A stretch of DNA of 64,000 nt from an uncultured virus (IMG/VR IMGVR_UViG_3300036806_000229). Taxonomy: Duplodnaviria > Heunggongvirae > Uroviricota > Caudoviricetes. A model generated the notes under the pieces. The model made no database searches, was not told the DNA's origin, and saw nothing but the letters and a program-made list of their open reading frames with translations. This document shows positions 1 through 7,817 of the stretch, piece by piece (position 1 is the first letter of the stretch; every line of letters begins with the position of its first letter). The DNA is taken from IMG/VR virus record IMGVR_UViG_3300036806_000229; one strand, given 5' to 3'. The position numbers and the translations under genes are program-made.

Positions 1-121
<121 letters not shown>

Positions 122-440
122 AACAGATCAAAATTTCCAGATTGGTTAAACCAGACTGACCTAAGCCAGATAGACCTATCTGACTCGAAATGTGGACGGA
201 ATCTATTGTCATGTTGACTGCTGGGTTGATTGGAGTGTGGACTGGGGTAATGAGTGATGGTGGAGTGAGCAGGGATCGTGATTGATGGGTTGAAAGGGAC
301 GCGATTGTGGATTGAATGGTGGTCCGTGGGTTAAGATGGCCATCGTCGGTTAATCCAATCGTGGCCATCAAAAACCGGGATGGCATCACCCCGGTGTCAA
401 CACCGGACCAAAAAAACTTTGCCGCGCTGGCAGATTTTTG

Positions 441-474
441 TTGAACTGGGCTCAAAAAGGTTTATATGTATAAT
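441..474 (+). promoter_or_regulatory. Putative sigma70-type promoter for the 687..1253 unit
   Basis: TTGAAC at 441-446 followed by AT-rich TTATATGTATAAT (TATAAT at 469-474); palindrome CCGGTGT-CA-ACACCGG just upstream at 391-406. Confidence 0.45.
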
Positions 475-686
475 TGTTCCGAAGGAACAACGGGGTTCAT
501 ATAGAACCCTATGACGAGGTAAGGGACGCGATCACGTCACAATCCCTCCTCGGGGCCACGGTACTCACCCCGCCGCCTTAACGGAAGCACCCGGCAAAGA
601 CATAATCCGGTTGCTATACGTTATACCTCACACCTGACGAACTGCGACGAAACTGTGACGAAACCCATACATAAGGAAAACCCACT

Positions 687-1253
687 ATGGCACGGACGCA
701 CGAAACCCACGACGAAACCACTACCACCAATGTAAACGGCGTCAACACCATCGCCGACATGTTCCCTGACGCACAGTCCGTATTCGCCCGCGTAATCGGC
801 GGTTTCACCATCCCGGTCCCGCGCAAGTATGCACCGGGTCACGTTTGTTCCCCTGCCGATGCACTCGCGCTAGACATGCGTCGGGCGCAGATGCTTTCCG
901 CTACTGCGCAATCCAACATGGAACGCGGCGCATGGTCCAAGCTCTCCGACGAAGAGAAGCTTGCCAAGGCATCTGACTACGCAACGTCTTACGAATTCTC
1001 ATCCGACGTTGGCGCCAGCAACTCGCTGTTGGAAGATGCGGTCGAACGGATCGTGAACAAACTCGCCGAAGGTCAAGGCGTCACGCTCACTGCACAGGCA
1101 CGCAACGAAAACGTGCAAAAAATCCTGCACACTCCAGCGCTGCGGGACAAATACGGTGAAATGGTCCGCTCTAATATCGCGGCGATTATGTCTGAGCGGC
1201 ACGAGAAGCGCACCCGGAATGCGAAAGGCGATACCAGCGGTTTGGAACTGTAA
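687..1253 (+). CDS. Hypothetical phage protein (188 aa), stand-alone transcription unit
   Basis: Clean ORF with AAGGA RBS, upstream promoter-like sequence and downstream hairpin; no family recognised. Confidence 0.75.
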   Translation: MARTHETHDETTTTNVNGVNTIADMFPDAQSVFARVIGGFTIPVPRKYAPGHVCSPADALALDMRRAQMLSATAQSNMERGAWSKLSDEEKLAKASDYATSYEFSSDVGASNSLLEDAVERIVNKLAEGQGVTLTAQARNENVQKILHTPALRDKYGEMVRSNIAAIMSERHEKRTRNAKGDTSGLEL

Positions 1254-1258
1254 TCCAC

Positions 1259-1298
1259 GCCATCGCTAGAGGCGGGTCTAAACCCGCCTCACGATGGC
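1259..1298 (+). terminator. Stem-loop after the 188-aa ORF (terminator or processing site)
   Basis: GCCATCG..GAGGCGGGT-CTAA-ACCCGCCTC..CGATGGC inverted repeat; no U-tract. Confidence 0.4.
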
Positions 1299-1487
1299 GA
1301 ATGGCACGATTACGCCGCTGAGAGGAACGCATGATCGCTGATGCATAGCACCCGTCAGGGGGCCCCATCTGAACGATGGGGTTCTGTGGTATGGTGTACC
1401 CAGGTTCCGGTAAAAATTTAAATCTTTACATATCCACCAAAGGAGTCCAGATGGTGGGGTAGATGGAGTTCAGAGGGTAATAACACC

Positions 1488-2117
1488 ATGGCTCAAAACC
1501 AGGATTTCAAACGCGACCTAATCCCAAAACGCGGGTCGGTGGGTAAAGCCCTGGTTTTGGAAATAGTCCGCGAATTAGAGCCGGCGGACCTGGCCCTGTT
1601 GTCTGCCGACTTCAAGCCCCGGACCGGGCCGCCACCGATCCAACAGCTAAAAGCCATTCACCACCGGCAAGCCGAATTATTGGCTCAGGGAATGAAGGTC
1701 ATTGATGTGGCCAGGGCGTTAGGAACTACTCCGGCCAGGATTCATCAGTTGCAAAAAGATCCAACGTTTGTTGAAGCTGTAGCAATCTATCGATCCAGGT
1801 TACATGACCAGACCATGGACGATGCAAATCGGATCCAGGGCAAACTGGTCGTGGCGGCCGAGATGGCTTTAGATGAATTAAACGATCGGTTGGAAGATCC
1901 TGCCAAGCGGTCCCAAATCCCGCTTGGCGAGTTGCGGAAAGTTGTAGAAATGGGCGGGGACAGAACCGTCGCCCCATCTAAATCCGCCGGCCCCCAATCC
2001 ACTGTCCCGTCCAGGATCACTCTCAACTTCAGCACGGTACTGGACGATAAAGTGGAAAAGGCAGAAAACCCTGTCATCGACATTACCCCAAACCAACGTC
2101 CAAAGGACAAAGACTGA
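1488..2117 (+). CDS. HTH protein, candidate terminase small subunit
   Basis: HTH (QAELLAQGMKVIDVARALGTTPARIHQL), helical middle and C-terminal VIDITP tail typical of TerS; upstream of TerL. Confidence 0.55.
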   Translation: MAQNQDFKRDLIPKRGSVGKALVLEIVRELEPADLALLSADFKPRTGPPPIQQLKAIHHRQAELLAQGMKVIDVARALGTTPARIHQLQKDPTFVEAVAIYRSRLHDQTMDDANRIQGKLVVAAEMALDELNDRLEDPAKRSQIPLGELRKVVEMGGDRTVAPSKSAGPQSTVPSRITLNFSTVLDDKVEKAENPVIDITPNQRPKDKD

Positions 2118-2560
2118 TGGAAATCACATCTGCCCAACGATGCAGACCGTTAACCGTTCCACGAAACCGGGGTAATGTTTTCAGTCAAATGGGTGTGAGG
2201 TATGAACGCAGGCTGTTTAAGGCGATCCAGGCTTGGGGATTTAAAGCCGAACACAATCCGTGGTTTATGTACACGGCCACTGGTTTCCGATCACAATTCT
2301 GTTCCCCTGACATCATCCTCGATCACGGACGATTCCTAATCGTGGTTGAATGCAAATTAACCTATCGAAAACAGGCTGAGGAAAAACTTCTAGATTTGTA
2401 CATTCCAGTGGTGAAGCTGGCTACGGGACAGAAGCGTGTCTATCCTCTTGTCATATGCAAAAATCTTACCCCATTCTCTCCCACGCCAAGCCTTAGCCTT
2501 CCTGAGGCATTGACCAAATCCCACGTGGACGGAATGGCATTGTTTCAGTATTTAGGATGA
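2117..2560 (+). CDS. PD-(D/E)XK nuclease (resolvase-like)
   Basis: E...PDIILD...IVVECK catalytic pattern. Confidence 0.65.
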   Translation: MEITSAQRCRPLTVPRNRGNVFSQMGVRYERRLFKAIQAWGFKAEHNPWFMYTATGFRSQFCSPDIILDHGRFLIVVECKLTYRKQAEEKLLDLYIPVVKLATGQKRVYPLVICKNLTPFSPTPSLSLPEALTKSHVDGMALFQYLG

Positions 2561-2586
2561 CAGAGGATGATAGAGGATGATAGAGG

Positions 2587-3024
2587 ATGACAGATCTAGA
2601 CAATATCCAGTCCTGGCTAGAATGGGCCGGGAAATCCCTCCTGCTTCTTCCCGTCAAGGGCTGCAAGCCTGCATCATATCGTTCCTTCTGGCCAGATTTT
2701 CCTCCTGATCCAAACGAGGCATACGGCTATAACCAACAATCCTTAAAACTCAGTCCTCCATCTGCCGAGGAAATTGGTAAGATGGACCTGGTTTTTGAAC
2801 TAATTTTACTAATCCCCGACGAACGAACTAGGCGGATAATTCAAGCCCGGAGCTTGGTAGCGCCGTTGTCTGGTAAGTATATCTGGTCCTGGGCACGGAT
2901 CGGGCGCTTAATTCATCTGGACCGACGATCAGTTCGCCGTCTATACTACCAGGGCCTGGTTTATATATCTAAACATTCTGATCCATGTAAAGTGGACGTG
3001 TTAACCGCCTTTTTCAACCGCTAA
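2587..3024 (+). CDS. DUF6362-like protein, putative late-gene regulator or antiterminator
   Basis: YRSFWPD, PPSAEEI and C-terminal HTH WARIGRLIHLDRRSVRR resemble DUF6362 of alphaproteobacterial prophages; lies just before the lysis and late genes. Confidence 0.6.
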   Translation: MTDLDNIQSWLEWAGKSLLLLPVKGCKPASYRSFWPDFPPDPNEAYGYNQQSLKLSPPSAEEIGKMDLVFELILLIPDERTRRIIQARSLVAPLSGKYIWSWARIGRLIHLDRRSVRRLYYQGLVYISKHSDPCKVDVLTAFFNR

Positions 3025-3034
3025 CCCTATCCCG

Positions 3035-3064
3035 CTTGACACCGCGCCCGTTTTCCTATACCGC
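3035..3064 (+). promoter_or_regulatory. Putative late promoter (pR'-like)
   Basis: CTTGACA -35 at 3035-3041 and CTATAC/TACCGC -10 region, immediately after the DUF6362 stop. Confidence 0.5.
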
Positions 3065-3113
3065 TTAAATCTACGCTTGGCGATCCCCCGCCATTGCGTT
3101 CCCCCGTGAAACT

Positions 3114-3152
3114 TACCTGGAACTGGCTTAACCTGGTTCCAGGTATTTTTTT
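3114..3152 (+). terminator. Intrinsic terminator upstream of the late operon (tR'-like)
   Basis: TACCTGGAAC...GTTCCAGGTA perfect 10-bp stem followed by T7. Confidence 0.85.
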
Positions 3153-3194
3153 GTCCAAACCAATACCCAAAATCCAAATCACGGATTAGGTGTT

Positions 3195-3338
3195 ATGAAC
3201 ATGCTTATGATTATCCTAATCATAGTTTTGCTTTTTGGCAGCGGGCTTGGATATGCCAACTGGGGTTATCCTGGCGGCTTAGGCATTGGAGGGGTGCTTT
3301 TGGTTGTGTTAATTATTATCTTACTATTGGGGAGATAA
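3195..3338 (+). CDS. Small two-TM membrane protein (47 aa, DUF3309-like; possible holin or antiholin)
   Basis: Below the ORF-track cutoff; hand translation MNMLMIILIIVLLFGSGLGYANWGYPGGLGIGGVLLVVLIIILLLGR; AGGTG RBS. Confidence 0.65.
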   Translation: MNMLMIILIIVLLFGSGLGYANWGYPGGLGIGGVLLVVLIIILLLGR

Positions 3339-3339
3339 A

Positions 3340-3708
3340 ATGAACAAAATGAATAAAATTTTTCCCATAGTTTTATGCCCATTCTTTCTTTCTGGTTGTG
3401 CACTGTCTGGTGCCGTCGGGATTGGTCAAGTTGGTCAAATCGGTCAACAAATCCCTGGGGTTGTCGCCGACTTCGACAACACAATCAATGCCCTGATTTT
3501 ACAAAAAAAGATCGGGCTACATAATTTGCAAGTCGGGCTAGAACAGATCGACAGGATCCCCGGTATGGTCACTATGCAGAACATGCCGCCAAGTCCGGTC
3601 CCAGCCCCAGTTCCTCCTGCACCCCCGGCGCCAAGTACCCCGTCCAATCCGTCCAATCCGTCCACACCATCCAATCCCTCTGGTCCAGTTGTTACTCCAA
3701 TTCCATGA
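3340..3708 (+). CDS. Lipoprotein with Pro-rich tail, possible spanin component
   Basis: Lipobox LSGC; Pro/Ser-rich C-terminus; adjacent to the endolysin. Confidence 0.55.
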   Translation: MNKMNKIFPIVLCPFFLSGCALSGAVGIGQVGQIGQQIPGVVADFDNTINALILQKKIGLHNLQVGLEQIDRIPGMVTMQNMPPSPVPAPVPPAPPAPSTPSNPSNPSTPSNPSGPVVTPIP

Positions 3709-4223
3709 CCGGGTTATCATCGTCTCAACGGAAATACTTGACCATGGTGATGCAGGTTCTGAACCTGCACCCTAAATGGGTTTATATCGACCCGGCCTGG
3801 ATCATGGCAATCATGAACAATGAAAGTGGGTATAATCCTACCGTTGTCAATGCCACTGGCCGGCAAGATGGTCTGATGCAGGTAATCCCATCCACTGCCC
3901 AACAAATGTCATCGGTGTATGGTATCCCGTACTCGCCGCAAACCGACCCGATGATATCGATTCTCTGCGGCACGGCATACTTGGACTACAGTGCCCGGCA
4001 GATTACCCAGTTCCGTAAAACTACATCGTTGCCACTATGGGATCTAGTTCAAGCCTATAATGAAGGACTCGGTGCTGTGGAACAAGGGAAGCTGGACACG
4101 GCATACTTGATTAAGTTCCAAAACGAACTCCCAATCATCGAGGCCCAGATGGCCGCCACTGCGGTTATGACTGCGAAAACGGCTATTGCGCCAGAACTCC
4201 TGCGAAATGTTATCCCGGTTTAA
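3705..4223 (+). CDS. Lytic transglycosylase (SLT family), probable endolysin
   Basis: Motifs NES-GYNP, GLMQV, AYNEG. Confidence 0.85.
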   Translation: MTGLSSSQRKYLTMVMQVLNLHPKWVYIDPAWIMAIMNNESGYNPTVVNATGRQDGLMQVIPSTAQQMSSVYGIPYSPQTDPMISILCGTAYLDYSARQITQFRKTTSLPLWDLVQAYNEGLGAVEQGKLDTAYLIKFQNELPIIEAQMAATAVMTAKTAIAPELLRNVIPV

Positions 4224-4231
4224 TACGAGGA

Positions 4232-4897
4232 ATGGAAATGTTGAACAAGAAGATTCTACTGGCCGCCGCCACAGCCCTTGGACTTAGTCTTTCAGCCTGC
4301 GGTGTTCATGCCCAAACTACGGGCGGAAACACTGGTGCATTGATCGGCGGTGATGGGGTTTATATCTTCAAAACCCTGCCAATGGCCTCGGGCGGCATTG
4401 TTATTGGTCAAGGCGCCGCATCTGACCCGGTCATTGCTAATATGTCCGGGGACTGTACCATGAACGCTAGTGCCGTGGTGACGTGCACCAAAACCAACGG
4501 CGCGAATCTGGGCACTGCGGCGGCAGTAAACACCGGAACCAGCGGCAACACACTCGGAACCTTGTCCTCGGCCAAGACCGATTCCGGGGCTCTGAACACC
4601 TATCTTGGTCATGTAGCGGCTGGGACATCTGCTCCAACCTTGTCTTCATGTGGTGGGGGTAGCCCAGCAGTTCTGGGTGACGACAAGGATGGGGAAATCA
4701 CCCTTGGCACATCAACGGCAGGTTGCACACTCACCTTTGCTACGGCATACACATCCAAGCCCCTTTGCACCGTAACGTGGCAAGCCAACCTAGCCGCGAT
4801 GGGTTACACCCCTGCTAGTGGAACGTTGACACTAACTCAGACCTCTGCCTCATCTAATAAGGTAAACTATCACTGCACCGCCCAAAACGGCGGCTGA
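4232..4897 (+). CDS. Exported fibre/spike-like protein
   Basis: Signal peptide (VHA-Q; alternative lipobox LSAC); Gly/Thr-rich; C-terminal CTLTFATAYTSKPLC like fibre tip domains. Confidence 0.55.
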   Translation: MEMLNKKILLAAATALGLSLSACGVHAQTTGGNTGALIGGDGVYIFKTLPMASGGIVIGQGAASDPVIANMSGDCTMNASAVVTCTKTNGANLGTAAAVNTGTSGNTLGTLSSAKTDSGALNTYLGHVAAGTSAPTLSSCGGGSPAVLGDDKDGEITLGTSTAGCTLTFATAYTSKPLCTVTWQANLAAMGYTPASGTLTLTQTSASSNKVNYHCTAQNGG

Positions 4898-4898
4898 G

Positions 4899-5201
4899 GT
4901 GAAGGGGCAGAGAGGAGAATTTCCTGGTACATATCGCTGCGGCTCAAGATGGGGAGCAAAAGTCTGGATAGACGGCGAACTTCACTACATTGGTTGTTTC
5001 AAAGATCGTAAGGTTGGAGCGGATTATGTACGGCTTGTTGAGAGTCGCTATCCTCAAAGGCTGAGGCGTCCTCGCGGTACGATCCGACGACAAAGAGGAA
5101 GGTGGCGCTGTCAAGCGCCACGGCCTAATCGTGATAGCCTAGGCTATTTCACAACAAAATGGGCCGCTGAGCGGTTTATGAAAAGGCTGGGCTACAGATG
5201 A
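4899..5201 (+). CDS. AP2-like DNA-binding protein (two AP2-like repeats, no nuclease domain)
   Basis: RWGAKVWIDGELHYIGCF and RWRCQA...SLGYF repeats. Confidence 0.55.
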   Translation: MKGQRGEFPGTYRCGSRWGAKVWIDGELHYIGCFKDRKVGADYVRLVESRYPQRLRRPRGTIRRQRGRWRCQAPRPNRDSLGYFTTKWAAERFMKRLGYR

Positions 5202-5560
5202 GAAAGGTACTAGCCTTCGCGATCGCGCTGGGACTATCGCACGGCGCATTGGCTGCAGGCATTTCGACATCCAGCAATCTCACAATTACGGTTACAGGTG
5301 TACCAATCATCGGATTTTCGCCGAACAACCCAATGATATCATGCACACTGGCCGCGGGCACTGTGGTTTCAGCGGTAAGCATAACCGGAGGGGATGGTCA
5401 GCCTATAACGCTTGCGCTGAGCAGTGATACGACAGACTTTGCCTTAAGCGGGACTGCTCCCCCGGCCAACGTCATCGTCGGACCGAACGGCATCACATGT
5501 CCCGTGGCGCCAGCAACGAGCACCACCGATATCGTCACCGTCACGGCGACACAGCCGTAA
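5198..5560 (+). CDS. Exported Ig/cadherin-like small protein
   Basis: Signal peptide ALA-A; beta-strand pattern AGTVVSAVSI...DFAL...VTVTATQ. Confidence 0.6.
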   Translation: MRKVLAFAIALGLSHGALAAGISTSSNLTITVTGVPIIGFSPNNPMISCTLAAGTVVSAVSITGGDGQPITLALSSDTTDFALSGTAPPANVIVGPNGITCPVAPATSTTDIVTVTATQP

Positions 5561-5564
5561 ATAT

Positions 5565-7061
5565 ATGCTCGCGTCTGTCTATACCCGGCCAAAACTCTAT
5601 CCGAAACAGTTATCTGCGATCTTCTGTCCAGAACGCTGGAGTTTCATCGAAGCCAGTACAAAGAGCGGAAAAACGGTCGGATGTATGGCGTGGTTGGTTG
5701 AAAAGGCGTTTGAAGGCAAACCGGGCCAGAACTTCTGGTGGGTTGCTCCGGTGTTTTCACAAGCCGATATTGCCTATCAACGGATAAAGAATGGACTAAC
5801 CCGTGGTTCGTTCACACCACACGGCGGACCGCAGCCGCACATTAGTCTGATCTCTGGTTCAACCATATGGATTAAATCCGGCGACAATCCAGATAGTCTG
5901 TACGGTGAAGACGTTCACGCAGTGACCGTGGACGAGGCCAGTCGAACTAAACCAGAGGTTTACCACGCTGTCCGATCCACCTTAACTGCAACTAGAGGCC
6001 CTGGACGGTTTATTGGCAATGTCAATGGCCGGAAGAACTGGTTCTTTGACCTAGCGCGCCGGGCCGAGAAAGGTGATCTACCTAACGCCCATTATGCAAA
6101 AATCACCTGCGAAGATGCGGTCGAGGCCGGCGTTCTTCGGCAGGAAGAAATCGACGATGCAAGGGCTACGTTGCCGGAGTCAGTCTTTCGTGAATTGTAC
6201 ATGGCCGAAGCCGCTGATGATGGCGGTAATCCATTCGGCCTACATCACATCGCGGCCTGTGCATTTCCGATCTCAAGTCTAAGCCCCGTGGCATGGGGCG
6301 TTGACCTGGCCAAAAAACAAGACTGGACAGTACTGATCGGGTTTGATGAATTTGGTCACGTTTGTCAGTTCCACCGCTGGCAATTTGTCCCTTGGCGCGA
6401 AACCATACGTCGCATCCATCAGATAATTGGGGATGATACGCCGGCCTTAGTTGATTCAACTGGAATTGGTGATCCAGTTCTAGAAGAACTTCAGGTCGAA
6501 CATGGGAACTTTATCGGCTATAATTTCAGTATGAACTCAAAACAAAAACTTATGGAGGGTCTAGCCGTTAGTATCCAGGGCCGCGAAATCACATTCCCCT
6601 CCGGTGTTATTCAACAGGAACTGGAAACCTTTGGATACGAATACACCAGAACCGGGGTAAGGTACACGGCGCCTGAAGGCTATAACGATGACTGTGTCTG
6701 CGCGTTAGCTTTGGCTCGGCAAATGTGGGTTGAGAAAGAGCCCAGTGCGAATGTTGTCCAGTTCTATGCTGAACAAGCAAAATCAAAGCGGCAAAAAGAA
6801 CTGGATCTAAACGCCGTCGACAAGATTGACGGGTATTTGCCACCTGGTGCTGACCGTCGGTTAAAGCAAAACCAAATACCCACCCAAACCCCGTCTTATG
6901 ATCTGGACAACGAACTAACTGCCCTATACAACTCTACCTTTGCGCAGCACGTTGTCAATCATCTCTTCTGTTACCATTGTGGCGAACTGGTCTCCGGGCC
7001 GCATCGAGTATCAGATGGGGAAAACATATGGCATCCCCAATGTACAACTTTGGTAGCTTGA
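5565..7061 (+). CDS. terL: Terminase large subunit
   Basis: Walker A ASTKSGKT, Walker B VTVDEA, RNase H-like GVDLA..D and DDCVCALA. Confidence 0.93.
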   Translation: MLASVYTRPKLYPKQLSAIFCPERWSFIEASTKSGKTVGCMAWLVEKAFEGKPGQNFWWVAPVFSQADIAYQRIKNGLTRGSFTPHGGPQPHISLISGSTIWIKSGDNPDSLYGEDVHAVTVDEASRTKPEVYHAVRSTLTATRGPGRFIGNVNGRKNWFFDLARRAEKGDLPNAHYAKITCEDAVEAGVLRQEEIDDARATLPESVFRELYMAEAADDGGNPFGLHHIAACAFPISSLSPVAWGVDLAKKQDWTVLIGFDEFGHVCQFHRWQFVPWRETIRRIHQIIGDDTPALVDSTGIGDPVLEELQVEHGNFIGYNFSMNSKQKLMEGLAVSIQGREITFPSGVIQQELETFGYEYTRTGVRYTAPEGYNDDCVCALALARQMWVEKEPSANVVQFYAEQAKSKRQKELDLNAVDKIDGYLPPGADRRLKQNQIPTQTPSYDLDNELTALYNSTFAQHVVNHLFCYHCGELVSGPHRVSDGENIWHPQCTTLVA

Positions 7062-7273
7062 AGGAAGGGACGGTGATCATTCTCTGTAAAGTTGACGACA
7101 AGAACGGGATTATCATCGGCTTCGGGCCAGGTGAAAAGGGCGAGCCGAAGGCTATTGTCGCACTTTGTGATTCAAACTATCCCGTCGCCGTGAAACTTGG
7201 CGACTGTCAAATCATTAACATGACAAAGAAGTGGAAAAAGCGCCTGCATGTCCATCATGGAGATGGGGGTTGA
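7058..7273 (+). CDS. Hypothetical protein
   Basis: ORF coupled to the terL stop (TTGA overlap). Confidence 0.5.
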   Translation: MKEGTVIILCKVDDKNGIIIGFGPGEKGEPKAIVALCDSNYPVAVKLGDCQIINMTKKWKKRLHVHHGDGG

Positions 7274-7447
7274 ATGGCAGTTTTGGGCGAGATTTTAACC
7301 GATGTGATCTCGCTTTTAAAATCGCAGGGATTTTCAACGTCGATTGAACTGAAGATCCTATGGACCGGCACGGATAATCTCACGGCGGTTTCATGCCGGC
7401 CTGGAATCATCCGGCATCTTAACCTCACAACCAAGGAACCGATCTTA

Positions 7448-7810
7448 ATGACTACCAACATCTTGAACGACGTGATTTCGGTTGTTCCAGTCGAGTTTGA
7501 CAATCCTGAAGGAACGGCAGTACCAAAGCCAGCTTCGGACACGATCACTGTCACTGGTGACGACCCGTCGGTAACGGTGGCGCTCGATGCAGATGGTTCC
7601 AGTTTCGATATCACGCCGGCACTGCCTGCTGGTACGTCGACTGGGGTTTTGAACGTGACCTACACTGCCACACCATCAGATGGCTCTGCAGCGTTTGGTT
7701 TTACGACCCAGTTCCAGTTTACGGCAGATAAGACCGCCGTATCAGCGCATCCGGTCACTACGGGCATCACAACTCGGCCTCTGCCCGCAGCGCCGCCCGC
7801 AGGTCCGTAA
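7448..7810 (+). CDS. Ig-like beta-sandwich virion protein (start could be 7274)
   Basis: Thr/Val-rich beta pattern; AAGGA RBS before ATG 7448. Confidence 0.55.
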   Translation: MTTNILNDVISVVPVEFDNPEGTAVPKPASDTITVTGDDPSVTVALDADGSSFDITPALPAGTSTGVLNVTYTATPSDGSAAFGFTTQFQFTADKTAVSAHPVTTGITTRPLPAAPPAGP

Positions 7811-7817
7811 GCATTTT

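Noticed and set aside
1300..1487. tRNA or other known RNA gene in the intergenic gap
   Set aside because: Only short hairpins; no cloverleaf or T-loop consensus could be built
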